Shown: positions 46,725 through 56,700, counted from the first letter of the stretch. The stretch: DNA of 58,111 bases from Solirubrobacterales bacterium (GCA_049579585.1 JBAUOE010000105.1:1-58111), one strand, 5' to 3'. Notes: generated by a model not told the origin, from the sequence alone. Program-made: numbers and translations.

Positions 46725-46982
46725 GTGAACGTAAGTCGTCGTCTCAAAGCGTCCCTGACCGCCATTTTCACCGCATTCCTGATGCTGGTCGTGGCCCCCG
46801 TTGCCATGGCCGCCGACGGTGTCGGACTGGCTGGACGGGTCGATGACAAGTTCATAACTTTCTTCTGCTTCGGACTGATCGCTTTCTTCGCGATTCTCGT
46901 AACCGTGCTGTCTCTGATTTACGACCGGCTCGAAGCGAAAAAGGAACAGCGCCGCCACGACCTGGACCGCTTCAACTCCTAG
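46725..46982 (+). CDS. small secreted/membrane protein, unknown function
   Basis: 85 aa with a signal-like N-terminus ending VAMAAD, one further TM and a basic tail. GTG start, with a -10-like TAGATT ending 7 nt upstream, so the mRNA may be leaderless. Confidence 0.5.
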   Translation: MNVSRRLKASLTAIFTAFLMLVVAPVAMAADGVGLAGRVDDKFITFFCFGLIAFFAILVTVLSLIYDRLEAKKEQRRHDLDRFNS

Positions 46983-47003
46983 GTTCCATCTGGCTGCCTG
47001 GCG

Positions 47004-47609
47004 CTACCAGGCGTCAACGGTGAGGTGCATTGCCTTGAGGTACTGGTGGATCTCATCGGCTGCAGCGCCGGACCGCATGATTACCTGTAGCCCCAGCAGA
47101 TAAGTAGTGAAGAGATCGGTGCGCGCCTCGACGATCTCGGAGTCTTCCTCGCTCTCGGGAAGCGCCCGGCTGATTAGGTTCCGAATCTGCCCACGCATCT
47201 GTCGCCTGTAGTCGGTCGAGAAGTCGTAGCCAGGCAGGGTCCCCCGCAGTTCGTTGGATGCCATCACCATCAGGCAGCCGTCCCGTCCCCGCTCCGAGAT
47301 CGCGTCTGATTCGAACATTTCCAGAAACCGGTGGAGCCCTTCGATCCCGGGTCCGGCCTGATCGATCATGGCGGCGAACATGACGATTCGCTCTGCGAGA
47401 TAACGACGAAGGACGGTCGCGAAAAGTTCCTCTTTGGTTCCGAAGGTGCGGTACAGGCTCGGCTTGTGGACCCCGCTGGCCTCCACGATCTCGGTCATCG
47501 AAGTCTGGCCGTATCCCTGCTGCCAGAAAAGCGTGGTCAGTTTCGACAGCACTGCTTCTTCGTCGAACTGTCTCGGGCGACCGATAGTGGTTTTCGCGGA
47601 CGTACTCAT
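47004..47609 (-). CDS. TetR/AcrR family transcriptional regulator
   Basis: N-terminal HTH 'AVLSKLTTLFWQQGYGQTSMTEIVEASGVHKPSLYRTF'. Confidence 0.85.
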   Translation of the reverse strand: MSTSAKTTIGRPRQFDEEAVLSKLTTLFWQQGYGQTSMTEIVEASGVHKPSLYRTFGTKEELFATVLRRYLAERIVMFAAMIDQAGPGIEGLHRFLEMFESDAISERGRDGCLMVMASNELRGTLPGYDFSTDYRRQMRGQIRNLISRALPESEEDSEIVEARTDLFTTYLLGLQVIMRSGAAADEIHQYLKAMHLTVDAW

Positions 47610-47640
47610 GGAGCCATCTTACAGCCTGAAATCAAATATG

Positions 47641-47652
47641 TACCTGTCGGTA
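47641..47652. promoter_or_regulatory. candidate TetR operator O1 (TACC-tgtc-GGTA)
   Basis: Inverted repeat with the same TACC-N4-GGTA core as O2, centred 33 nt from it, in the TetR/AhpD-like divergent region. Confidence 0.4.
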
Positions 47653-47672
47653 ACAAAGTTGGATTATCTATG

Positions 47673-47686
47673 GTACCGTTCGGTAC
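47673..47686. promoter_or_regulatory. candidate TetR operator O2 (perfect 14-bp palindrome GTACCGTTCGGTAC)
   Basis: Perfect dyad between the divergent TetR (47609) and carboxymuconolactone-decarboxylase-family (47741) starts. Confidence 0.45.
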
Positions 47687-47740
47687 AGAAAGTGATTACC
47701 CGGGCCGGAACCGCCGACCCACCAAAGAAACGGAGCACCA

Positions 47741-48304
47741 ATGACCGACTTCCCGCTGCACGACGAAAACACCGCCCCGGAAGCAAGTAAGGATCTGCTC
47801 GCCGAGTCAAACAGGCAGAACGGGATGATCCCGGGGCTGCACGCAACCATGGCCGAGGCACCCGGTCTGCTCGAGGGCTATCAGCAACTGGGCAAGCTGT
47901 TCGTCAACTCGAGCTTCGACAAAGACGAGCTGACCGTGGTCTGGCAGTCGATCAACGTCGAGCACGCATGTCATTACTGCGTCCCGGCGCACACTGCGAT
48001 CGCAAAAGGCATGAAGGTCGATGATTCGATTACCAACGCCCTGCGTGACGGAACGCCATTGCCGGACGAGCGGCTTGAGGCCCTGCGAACCTTCACCCTT
48101 GCCATGGTTCGCGAGCGGGGCAACGTGGATGACGAAGCGGTTCAGGCCTTCCTGGACGCCGGATTCACGAAGCGCCAGGCGCTCGAAGTCATCCTCGGGA
48201 TTTCGCAGAAGGTGATGTCGAACTACACCAACCATCTCGCCCAGACCCCAATCGACGCGCCTTTTGAGAAGTTCGCCTGGGAACCCGTTCCGGCGACCGT
48301 TTGA
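47741..48304 (+). CDS. carboxymuconolactone decarboxylase / AhpD-like family protein
   Basis: 187 aa with the 'EHACHYCVPAH' CxxC motif typical of the AhpD-like fold. GGAG lies upstream of the ATG. Confidence 0.85.
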   Translation: MTDFPLHDENTAPEASKDLLAESNRQNGMIPGLHATMAEAPGLLEGYQQLGKLFVNSSFDKDELTVVWQSINVEHACHYCVPAHTAIAKGMKVDDSITNALRDGTPLPDERLEALRTFTLAMVRERGNVDDEAVQAFLDAGFTKRQALEVILGISQKVMSNYTNHLAQTPIDAPFEKFAWEPVPATV

Positions 48305-48394
48305 CCACCCGCATAAAGCCCGCACAGTAATTCCGGAGCAGCGCCGGGGCGTAATTGCGTCCCGGCGCAACCGGGGTTTGCCGAAGACCCGGAG

Positions 48395-49447
48395 CTAAAG
48401 CTTCCAGTAGGGAATCTGCGCCCGCCTGATCTCTTCCAGCCTTTGGTCCCAGCCCGTGTCGATCGAACCTGCCGGGGCGTCCGGATCGGTCAGATCGGTT
48501 TCGAAGTTCCCGAATCCACCGAGGATTGCGTGATCCAGTTGCGGCAGCGTGTCGAGGTTGTATCCACCTTCATGCAGGGCAACCATTCCGATCCCTTTGC
48601 TGGCAGCGAAATCTGCGGTCAGGCTGGCCAACCGGCCATACCCACCGACCGTGATCATCTGACTGGCGAGCTGATCCGCGGCGTGGGCGTCCTGTCCGGC
48701 GGAAACGATCAGCAACTCGGGCTCGTAAGCCTCGAGGACCGGCACCACCACCCTCTCCATAGCTTCGATGTGTTCACGGTCACCCGACCCCGGGGGCATC
48801 GGCAGATTCACCGTAAAACCTTCACCGTCAGCCGCACCAACTTCGTCGATCCAGCCGGTGCCCGGATAAAGCGGCCACTGGTGCATCGAGACGAAAAGGG
48901 CTCCGGGATCACGCCAGAGAATGTCCTGGGTTCCGTTACCGTGATGAACGTCCCAGTCCAGCACAGCGATGCGCTCAAGTCCGTACTGTCGAGCGGCATA
49001 ACGGGCGGCGACCGCAGCGTTGTTGAAGAGGCAGAATCCCATCGCCCGTTCCCTCGTCGCGTGATGCCCCGGCGGGCGGATCAGCGCGAACAGGCTGTCG
49101 GGACGCCCAGCCGAATCGTCCATGACTGCATCAACCGCTTCCATAGCGCCACCGGCGGCTTTCAGCGCCACGTCGTAGCTGGCGGGACATACTGGCGTGT
49201 CGCCATCAATCCAGCCCGGACCCAGGACTGCCGAGCTGCGAACCAGTTCGATCTCCCCCGCGGAGTGGGCCCGCCTGATGTCATCGACTGCGGCCGCCCG
49301 CGCTTCGAAGGTCTGTAGCTTCGCCCAGTCTTCGCTGCTTTGAAGCCGGCTCAGGACCGTGGGAATGCGGCGACCGTTCTCGGGATGCACCCCGGTGTCG
49401 TGAAGGGCCTGGTCGGCCAGCAATACCAGTCCTGTCGAGCGACCCAT
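48395..49447 (-). CDS. histone deacetylase-family amidohydrolase (AcuC / acetylpolyamine-type)
   Basis: RPPGHHA, DWDVHHGNGTQ, SAGQDAH and HEGGY motifs. Confidence 0.88.
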   Translation of the reverse strand: MGRSTGLVLLADQALHDTGVHPENGRRIPTVLSRLQSSEDWAKLQTFEARAAAVDDIRRAHSAGEIELVRSSAVLGPGWIDGDTPVCPASYDVALKAAGGAMEAVDAVMDDSAGRPDSLFALIRPPGHHATRERAMGFCLFNNAAVAARYAARQYGLERIAVLDWDVHHGNGTQDILWRDPGALFVSMHQWPLYPGTGWIDEVGAADGEGFTVNLPMPPGSGDREHIEAMERVVVPVLEAYEPELLIVSAGQDAHAADQLASQMITVGGYGRLASLTADFAASKGIGMVALHEGGYNLDTLPQLDHAILGGFGNFETDLTDPDAPAGSIDTGWDQRLEEIRRAQIPYWKL

Positions 49448-49451
49448 CGTC

Positions 49452-50297
49452 CTAGCTGCTCGGAAGCCGGAAGCCGGACAACAGACGCTTTTCGCTCTCC
49501 CCCTTGACTTCCGCCAGAACCTCTATGTGGTCAGCCAGTGGGGTATCGCGAATCTTGGTGGCCAGAAGATCATCCACCTGGAAAATGCCAGCCGAATTGT
49601 TGAGTTCGATCTCGATTCTGACCGCCCGTTTCTCCCCGGCCGAAATGTTGACCTGATCGATCGCCGCCGCGGAAATCGAGTGGATGCCCTCCTGACCGGC
49701 TTCCAGCGGAATCCGGGTGCGGCCCTCAGCCATGTCGAGAGCATCGGCAACCCGGACGATTCCAGCCTCGACGGTGTAAGGCTGTCCGCGCCGACGGTGA
49801 CCGATGATCGTGTGGAGGATTTCGGCGGTCACGATCGACCGTTCGGGCTCTTTGTAAATGTCGGCAAGCAGCCGCTGCAGGGCTTCGCGGGCAAGAAACA
49901 GGCTGTACGCCTCGTGGTCGGCGCGGTGGATCGACATGCCGATGTCGTGGAGCAGCGCGCCACCGGCAATCACGACTTCGGCGTCGCGGGAACTCATGCC
50001 GTGATCGGTGACCATCGCTGGCTCCACCCCGCCTTTACCGAGCAGCCTCGATAGCCGCAGGGCGATGTTCAGAACTATCTGCATGTGAACCCAGGAGTGA
50101 TCCGACATGCCGAGCCTTTCGGCGTGAATCTGGGCCATGTACCACCAGGTCCGAACCTGATCGTCGTCGTTCACCGCTTCGAGGAAACTTTCGAGGCGCC
50201 GGTTGCCCCGGGTCGGCGCCCGGACTTCCGTTTCAAGAATCATGTCACGGGTCTGGTTGACGGTGGGAATTGTCGGCTTGTCAGAAATGTCGCTCAC
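49452..50297 (-). CDS. HD-domain phosphohydrolase-like protein
   Basis: 281 aa with 'H...HDIGMSIHRADHE' and a later 'D' motif. Its GTG start lies 2 nt after the upstream stop, and its stop lies 4 nt before the deacetylase ATG. Confidence 0.75.
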   Translation of the reverse strand: MSDISDKPTIPTVNQTRDMILETEVRAPTRGNRRLESFLEAVNDDDQVRTWWYMAQIHAERLGMSDHSWVHMQIVLNIALRLSRLLGKGGVEPAMVTDHGMSSRDAEVVIAGGALLHDIGMSIHRADHEAYSLFLAREALQRLLADIYKEPERSIVTAEILHTIIGHRRRGQPYTVEAGIVRVADALDMAEGRTRIPLEAGQEGIHSISAAAIDQVNISAGEKRAVRIEIELNNSAGIFQVDDLLATKIRDTPLADHIEVLAEVKGESEKRLLSGFRLPSS

Positions 50298-50299
50298 CC

Positions 50300-51163
50300 C
50301 TACCGCTTCCCCCGGGATGGTTGCGTCGCCTCGGCGAGCCAGTGGCGTCCTGCCACGGAATCACTCGGAGCCGGTTCCACCGGAATCCCGAAGACATCGG
50401 CGAGCGCAGCGTGGCCAACTATCGCTCCGGGCAGAAGCCGCGAGGTCGCAGGGTCGATTCCGAACCAGGCCGACAGGTCGTCGTCGGTCTGCCCGAGGAT
50501 CGAATCAAGCCCCCGGCAGGCGTCGTCATGGGTGATCCGGTTGCCGCAGAGCTGCTCGATAACCGGGGCAAACCCGGAAGTTACGAGCAGGCGATCCATT
50601 GCTGGTGGGGTCAATGACTCGATCCGCCGACAGGCACCAGTGATCGCCGCCTCGATCTGTACCGGCCGCGGTGGATTGTTGAAGCGGGCTTTTTCGGTCA
50701 TCAGCCTCGCGCCAGCTGGTCGGGATCCAACCCAGACCGGTGGTTTTCCGGCAGATCCCACCCCGAGCCCCAACAGAGCGGTTCCGACCACAGCGACCCC
50801 GATTTCGCCGGACATCTGGTCGCGTTGAGGTCGGGTAACTGCCATGAAAGAAGCGGCAACGCTGTCGCGCCCGCTGAATATGCGGATCTGTCCCGAACCG
50901 GAAGTCCTGGCGGTCAGGTCCAGCAGGTCGACCAGTCGTGACCCCCTGAGGCTGGATTCAACCGAAACCTCAACTGACTGCGCACCCATTTCCCGCGCGT
51001 AATCGATCTCGGCTACCAGCAGGGCGGTCAGACGCTCGAGGTTGTCGAGTTTCGCGGTGAGGCGATGATTGCGCTCGACGATCTGGAAGGAATCCCCGTC
51101 GGCAATCTCAACGACGCTCAGCCGGGTCGAGCGTTTCGATATTTCGATTGCCCCCAGAATCAA
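50300..51163 (-). CDS. Ppx/GppA-fold (ASKHA) protein with degenerate catalytic motifs
   Basis: It aligns end-to-end by eye with the in-window Ppx, but DIGSNTTR is replaced by EISKRSTR, SGEEEGR by SGRDSVA, and VVDVGGGSTE by AVVGTALLGL. Start set at TTG 51163 because the longer ORF overlaps rpf. The start is uncertain. Confidence 0.65.
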   Translation of the reverse strand: MILGAIEISKRSTRLSVVEIADGDSFQIVERNHRLTAKLDNLERLTALLVAEIDYAREMGAQSVEVSVESSLRGSRLVDLLDLTARTSGSGQIRIFSGRDSVAASFMAVTRPQRDQMSGEIGVAVVGTALLGLGVGSAGKPPVWVGSRPAGARLMTEKARFNNPPRPVQIEAAITGACRRIESLTPPAMDRLLVTSGFAPVIEQLCGNRITHDDACRGLDSILGQTDDDLSAWFGIDPATSRLLPGAIVGHAALADVFGIPVEPAPSDSVAGRHWLAEATQPSRGKR

Positions 51164-51227
51164 GTTGTTGGCATCCTCGCAGCTTTGATCCAGTTGGTTT
51201 TGTCGGAAATGTGAAGGGTCGTGGATT

Positions 51228-51743
51228 TCAGATACCGCAGGTAGGCCATTGGCCCGGACCCGAACGGTCGTACAGGAGGGCAGCGCGGAAGTCCTGCTCG
51301 GCCTCGGAAGCCTCCGACGGCAACCCTTCACCGCCGACTGACTCCCAGGTAGCGGGACTGAACTGGTACTTGCCGTGATACAGCCCGCTCGAAGAAACGA
51401 TTTCGGGATCGCCGCCGGATTCACACGAAGCGATCGTTTCAAGCGTGGTCCGGGAGACCGAACCGGGCAGTTCCGCGAACCGCTCCCGACGCTCCTTCTT
51501 CCGGGCGGCTTTCGCGGCCGCGCGCTTGGCCAGGCGGGCGGCTTTGGCCTGCCGCAGCGCTTCTACTTCCGGGCGCAGGTTGAAGACGACAAGGGTCGAA
51601 GATTCGGAGGTAACGATACTGCCGACACTGGCCAGCATCGGTGGGGTTTCCGCTTCAGACCCCGACTTGCCGATCAGGAAATTGCCGCCGGCAAGCAAGG
51701 CCACGACCAGGAATAGAGTGACGACCGCGACTCTCGTATTCAA
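51228..51743 (-). CDS. resuscitation-promoting-factor-like (Rpf transglycosylase-like domain) protein
   Basis: N-terminal TM, a basic linker, then 'IASCESGGDPEIVSSSGLYHGKYQFSPATWESVGG...EQDFRAALLYDRSGPGQWPTCG'. Confidence 0.8.
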   Translation of the reverse strand: MNTRVAVVTLFLVVALLAGGNFLIGKSGSEAETPPMLASVGSIVTSESSTLVVFNLRPEVEALRQAKAARLAKRAAAKAARKKERRERFAELPGSVSRTTLETIASCESGGDPEIVSSSGLYHGKYQFSPATWESVGGEGLPSEASEAEQDFRAALLYDRSGPGQWPTCGI

Positions 51744-51835
51744 AGCGAGAGTGCCGCGAATCGGGAAAATAGGACAATCATTAGCGAATCTTCATATCAA
51801 ATTCGAAGGCCGTTCATACTTCAGGCAGCTGACAG

Positions 51836-52597
51836 ATGACTGCCGAATACGAACTTCTGAGAGATGCTTTTCCGGACCAGCCTGAGGTCGGCCCTTCCCT
51901 TTCCCGGGTGCTGCTGAGCCAGGTTGCTGCGGGCGAGCGGGCCGCCACCGTGCGCCTGAGCCGGCCCGGACGTGTAGTCGCATACGGACGTCGCGATACG
52001 AAAGCGCCCGGATATGCCGAAGCAGTAAAAGCCGCGTCAGAGCAGGGGTTCCCCGGAATGGAAAGGCTCACTGGAGGTCGCGCCGCCGCTTATACGGAGG
52101 GAGCGCTTAGCCTCACCCTGACCATCCCCGACGCAAACCCGGCGGAACGCACCAACAGGCGCTTCGAGCAAGCCGCCAGCATCGCCCGACAGGCGTTCGA
52201 AGCACTGGGCATCGAAGCCAGGGTCGGCGAAGTTCCCGGTGAGTACTGTCCCGGCGACTACAGCGTCAACGCCCGCGGTCGGATCAAACTTGCTGGCATC
52301 GGACAGCGCATGATCAAAGGTGCCGCGCACGTCGGCTTCGTGATCGTGGTCAAGGACTCCCAGCTGGTTCGCGACGTGCTCGACCCGGTCTATCGGGCTC
52401 TCGGGCTCGAATGGAATCCGCAGACAGTCGGCGCGATCGAAGATGAACTGCCCGGCACCAGCATCGAGCAGGTCGAGTCCGCCCTGTTGCACGAACTCGA
52501 AACCGGGCGTCAGCTGACCCCGGTGGATCTCGATGAACCGACCCTGACCTTGGCGAAACGGCAATCAGGACGATTCCGCTCGCCCACGCCAGACTGA
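51836..52597 (+). CDS. lipoate--protein ligase family protein (BPL/LplA/LipB fold)
   Basis: 253 aa with 'RLTGGRAAAY' and 'GDYSVNARGRIKLAGIGQR', which contains the catalytic-Lys region. Confidence 0.8.
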   Translation: MTAEYELLRDAFPDQPEVGPSLSRVLLSQVAAGERAATVRLSRPGRVVAYGRRDTKAPGYAEAVKAASEQGFPGMERLTGGRAAAYTEGALSLTLTIPDANPAERTNRRFEQAASIARQAFEALGIEARVGEVPGEYCPGDYSVNARGRIKLAGIGQRMIKGAAHVGFVIVVKDSQLVRDVLDPVYRALGLEWNPQTVGAIEDELPGTSIEQVESALLHELETGRQLTPVDLDEPTLTLAKRQSGRFRSPTPD

Positions 52598-52632
52598 TCG
52601 ACCGGTCCGTGGAATGGCAGTAGGCTGAAGAA

Positions 52633-53643
52633 ATGACGGGGGAGCAAGATCTGAACGGCAACGGACCCCGGGATGAGGACTCCCGGACGTTTGCCGAAAA
52701 GCTCGTTTCCGGTGGAACCCGCAGCGCCCAGCGGGTAGTCGGGGTCGCCGGACTGGACAAAGCCCTGGAAGCTGCGATCGAAGATGCGATCGTGAGAGCA
52801 GTCGAATCGGACGCAACCGAACGGGCAGTTGCCCGGATCCTCAACGGTCCGATGATCGAGCAGGCAGTCCAGCAGGCACTTCGCTCCGACGCGGTTGAAC
52901 AGGCCCTCCTCGAAACTGTTGACTCGGAAATGGTTGACCGGCTCTGGGGGCGGATTCTCGACAGCGACGAAACCCAGAAGCTGATTGAGCGGATAGCCGA
53001 GGCCCCCGAGGTGCGGTCGGCGATCGCGTCGCAGGGAATCGGATTGATCGGAGATGTTGGCCGCCAGGTTTCCCAAGTCACGCGGCGGCTCGACTTCATC
53101 GGGCAGCGGGTCGTCCGTAAGCTCCTGCCACGATCGAAGCCCTTGCTACCAACCGCACACGCCGGGTTTTTCACCCGCGTGCTCGCTGTGGGTATCGATG
53201 CTCTCGTAGTGAATGTCGGACTGGTCTCCGCGACCGCCCTCCTGTCAGTCATCGCGGCTTTCTTCGGCACCGATCTCAGCGGGGTGCCAAAAGAATTGCT
53301 GGCGCTCGGTTTCACAACCTGGTTCGTCGTGAGTTCGCTTTACATGTTCACATTCTGGTCGCTGTCCGGACAGACCCCGGGAATGCGATTCCTTGACATC
53401 CGGATCGAACACAACGGCAGCAGCATCCTCGGTCCCAGAATCGCGCTTCGCCGGCTGATCGGCTTCTGGCTGGCCTCGATCCCCTTCGGACTGGGATTCA
53501 TTGGTGCCCTGATCAAGACTGACCGGCGGGCTTTCCCCGATCGCACAGGGCGGACGACCGTCTACTACGTCGACCCCACCAAGGCCGATGCTCCCCATGA
53601 CCTCGGGGTAATCGAAGAGCCTCACCAAGTCACCGCTTTCTGA
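52633..53643 (+). CDS. RDD-family membrane protein with helical N-terminal domain
   Basis: The C-terminal half has 3 TM helices and 'RRLIGFWLASIPFGLGF...DRRAFPDRTGRTTV', typical of RDD. The N-terminal half contains repeated AV..AL helical segments. Confidence 0.7.
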   Translation: MTGEQDLNGNGPRDEDSRTFAEKLVSGGTRSAQRVVGVAGLDKALEAAIEDAIVRAVESDATERAVARILNGPMIEQAVQQALRSDAVEQALLETVDSEMVDRLWGRILDSDETQKLIERIAEAPEVRSAIASQGIGLIGDVGRQVSQVTRRLDFIGQRVVRKLLPRSKPLLPTAHAGFFTRVLAVGIDALVVNVGLVSATALLSVIAAFFGTDLSGVPKELLALGFTTWFVVSSLYMFTFWSLSGQTPGMRFLDIRIEHNGSSILGPRIALRRLIGFWLASIPFGLGFIGALIKTDRRAFPDRTGRTTVYYVDPTKADAPHDLGVIEEPHQVTAF

Positions 53644-53716
53644 AGGCCTGCGGTACCCTTACTCGTGGAGTCCGTCACGGGAGGCGTGGGGGGAAATCGA
53701 ATTGGGAGGAATCATC

Positions 53717-56700
53717 TTGAATCGCAATCGCATCTGTGCGCTGATCGCGTGCTGCCTGTTTGGCTTGGCCATCGGGACATCAACCGCCAGCGCCGCCCCG
53801 GCACCAGTGCTGCCACCCGGACCGATCCTCCCCCAGGCCGAATGGCCAAACGACCCGGGCTTTGCCCGATGCGAACTTCAGGACCCGGTCTCCGGCTGCA
53901 AGGACTCCGAGCAGTGGAACATTTACGGCCCGATGGACGGCCTCTGCAAGGCTCCGGGTGGAGTCGCGTTCGATCAGCCACGCAACAGCACCCAGCCCAG
54001 CGGTGGCGGACTGCCCTGCTGGGCCAGCAACGCATCTGACCCGGAAGGCGCATCCGGAATCAACATGACCGGTGCCTGGGCACAGGGAAACCTGGGTCGC
54101 GACGAAATGCTGGTGGCGTACATGGAAGGCGGCGTCAACTACAGCTCGGACAAGATCAAGGACGGCCTCAACGCGGTCTACCTGAACAAGGGTGAACTCC
54201 CCTACCCGCAGGGCTGGGACGGACAGGACCTCGGCCGATACGACTTTGACGGCAACGGACGCCTCGACATCCGTGACTACGCAAAAGATCCCCGGGTCAA
54301 CCCGGAATGTCCGGTGGACATCCTGGCTGGCGGCGAAGTAATCGAAGAGGAAGGCACCACTCGCGGCTGCGCCAACGATGGCCAGCACCGATACACCGAT
54401 TCGGTGAAGATCAGCGGTACGAAAACTGCCTACCTTTCCCCACATGACCTGATCGCAGTATTCGGCAAGTGCCGGATCGTCGACAACCGCATCGCCGATT
54501 GCGGCAGCGGAACCAAGGTGGACAACGACGGCAACGGTTACCCGAACGACATCAGCGGCTGGAACGCTTACAACAATACGAACGATCCCCAGACCGAAGA
54601 CTCCGGTTACGGACACGCCTCCGGCCTGATGAGCCTGATTGGTGCCGAAGCAAACAACAACTTCGGCGACGTCGGCGTCTGCCGTGAGTGCCGGGTCCTG
54701 CCGGTCAAGACCGGTGCTGAATCGGTCGGCAAGGCCGACAACTGGGCACCCGGTCTTACCTACGCCGTAGATGCGGGCGCCAAGTCCGTTGCTTCAGTGG
54801 TTGTTTCTTACACCTACTCAAGCGCTGCCCGTGAGGCAGTCGCGTATGCGATCTCCAAGAACGTTCTGCTTTCTTTCGACTCGAACGACTTCGACTCGAT
54901 GGATCACACCGACGGTCATCTTTACGACCAGGTTTTCCCCGGCAACTCAGTGATTCAGGACCAGGGTGGCTCGGACACAAAGACTTTCCGTGCCCGCTCC
55001 AACGTAACCAGCTACGGAACCCATTCGGTGTTCTCCGGCGGTGAAACCACGACTTCCGGCGCAACCCCGTTCCAGGCTTCATTCCTGGGCATGGTCCAGT
55101 CTGCCGCGATGGACGCGGTTGACAATGGCGACTACCCGCGCACCCTGACCCCGAACGAGGTCCGGCAGGTGCTGATGAACACGGCCAGCCCGGTGGTGCC
55201 GCAGGTCGATCATCCGACCGTTCCGAAGCAGTGGCCAGGTAACCCTGATTCAACAACCGATTCAACCCACTCGAACTGGTCGACCCAGTACGGATACGGA
55301 CGGGTGAACATCGGCAAAGCAACCAAACTGATTTACGACGGCAAGGTTCCGCCGGAGGCCCTGATCACTTCACCCTCCTGGTACAAGTACGTCGATCCGG
55401 CACGGGATGCCGACATCGAAATCAAGGGCCATGTCAAACCTTCCGCCTGGGGATCCCAGGGCATCGGGTGGACCCTCGAATGGGCCCTTGGCGCCGATCC
55501 GAAGGATTCCGATTTCCAGACGATCTCAACCGGTGCTGAAGGCAAGGAAGGTGTGCTCGGCACACTCGACGTCAGCCAGATTCCGGCCACTTACGCCGCG
55601 AAAGATCCGGCCAATCCGATTACGCCATTCGGACCCGAGCAGTACACGGTTTCGATCAGGCTGCGGGCCGTTGATGGCAACGGTCTCAAAGGTGAAGACC
55701 GCCGGTCCTTCGGTGCCCGCTCGGATGCTGGCCTGGTTGAAGGTTTCCCCAAGTCGATCGACACTGAGATCAGTGCCGCCCCGACTTTCGTCGACCTGAA
55801 TGGCAAGCGCCAGCAGGAACTCGTGTTCGGAACGATGGATGGTGTCGTCAGCGCGTTGATGCCCGACGGCAACCAGGCTCCCGGCTTCCCGGTTTACACC
55901 AAGGAACTCCGTGAGATCGATCCGAACAACCCGCAGAACTTCGATGCGGCTTCATATCGCTCGGTACCGGCTCTGCGGGAAGCCCGTGACCCGATCAGCG
56001 GTATCGCCGTCGGTGATCTGACCGGCAATGGCTCCCAGTCGATCGTTGCTGCCACGACCAGTGGCTGGGTGTACGCCTGGAGCAACAGGGGCGCCCTCCG
56101 TCCCGGCTTCCCGGTTCGACCGAAGGCCATTTATGACACCAAACCGGTGCCAACCCCGATGGCTGGAAACAGACACCGTTCACCGACCAGGGGCAACTGG
56201 TCAGCGCCTTCACTGGGCAACCTGATGGGCAACGGAGAGCTCCAGATCCTGATGTCGTCCTTCGACGGTCACGTGTATGCGTGGCAGCCGAACGGCAAGT
56301 CGGTTCCGGGATGGCCAGTTGAGGTTTCGCTGCCGGATTCGATCAAGAACACGATTCCGCCGGAAGACTTCTTCCGCGATCCGAAACTGATGACCACCCC
56401 CGCCGTCGGTGACGTACTCGGCACCGGCACCGACCAGGTGTTCCTGCCCGGTTTCGACTGCGATGACAACAAGGGCGAAGTGTTCGGCTACGGCATCCAG
56501 TCTGAAGGCAACCGGGCACCCGGTGGCAAGTACCTGCCGGGATGGCCGGTCAGGATGAAGAGCCTTGCCGGCTGCTATTCGGAGTCGATTGACTTCGTCC
56601 AGGAGGGCGGCAACGCCGCTTCCATCGCCGACTTCGACGGCTCGGGGATCAACCGGATCCAGATGACGCCGGTTACCGGTTTCCCCCAGATCATCAACGC

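Noticed and set aside
46695-46958. 87-aa minus-strand ORF antisense to the small membrane ORF.
   Set aside because: It is an acidic, Gly/His-rich low-complexity translation with no signal. The plus-strand ORF has a coherent signal peptide and TM architecture and a promoter-like context.
51164-51442. Upstream 93 codons of the 380-aa ORF 50300..51442.
   Set aside because: They overlap the well-supported Rpf-like gene (51228..51743) in another frame and are Arg/Pro/Ser-rich. The homology to Ppx begins exactly at the TTG at 51163.
51744-51835. c-di-AMP (ydaO-type) riboswitch, which often precedes rpf genes in Actinomycetota.
   Set aside because: The intergenic region is only 92 nt and AT-rich. 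I could not find the conserved ydaO helices or loops, so it is more likely just divergent promoters.
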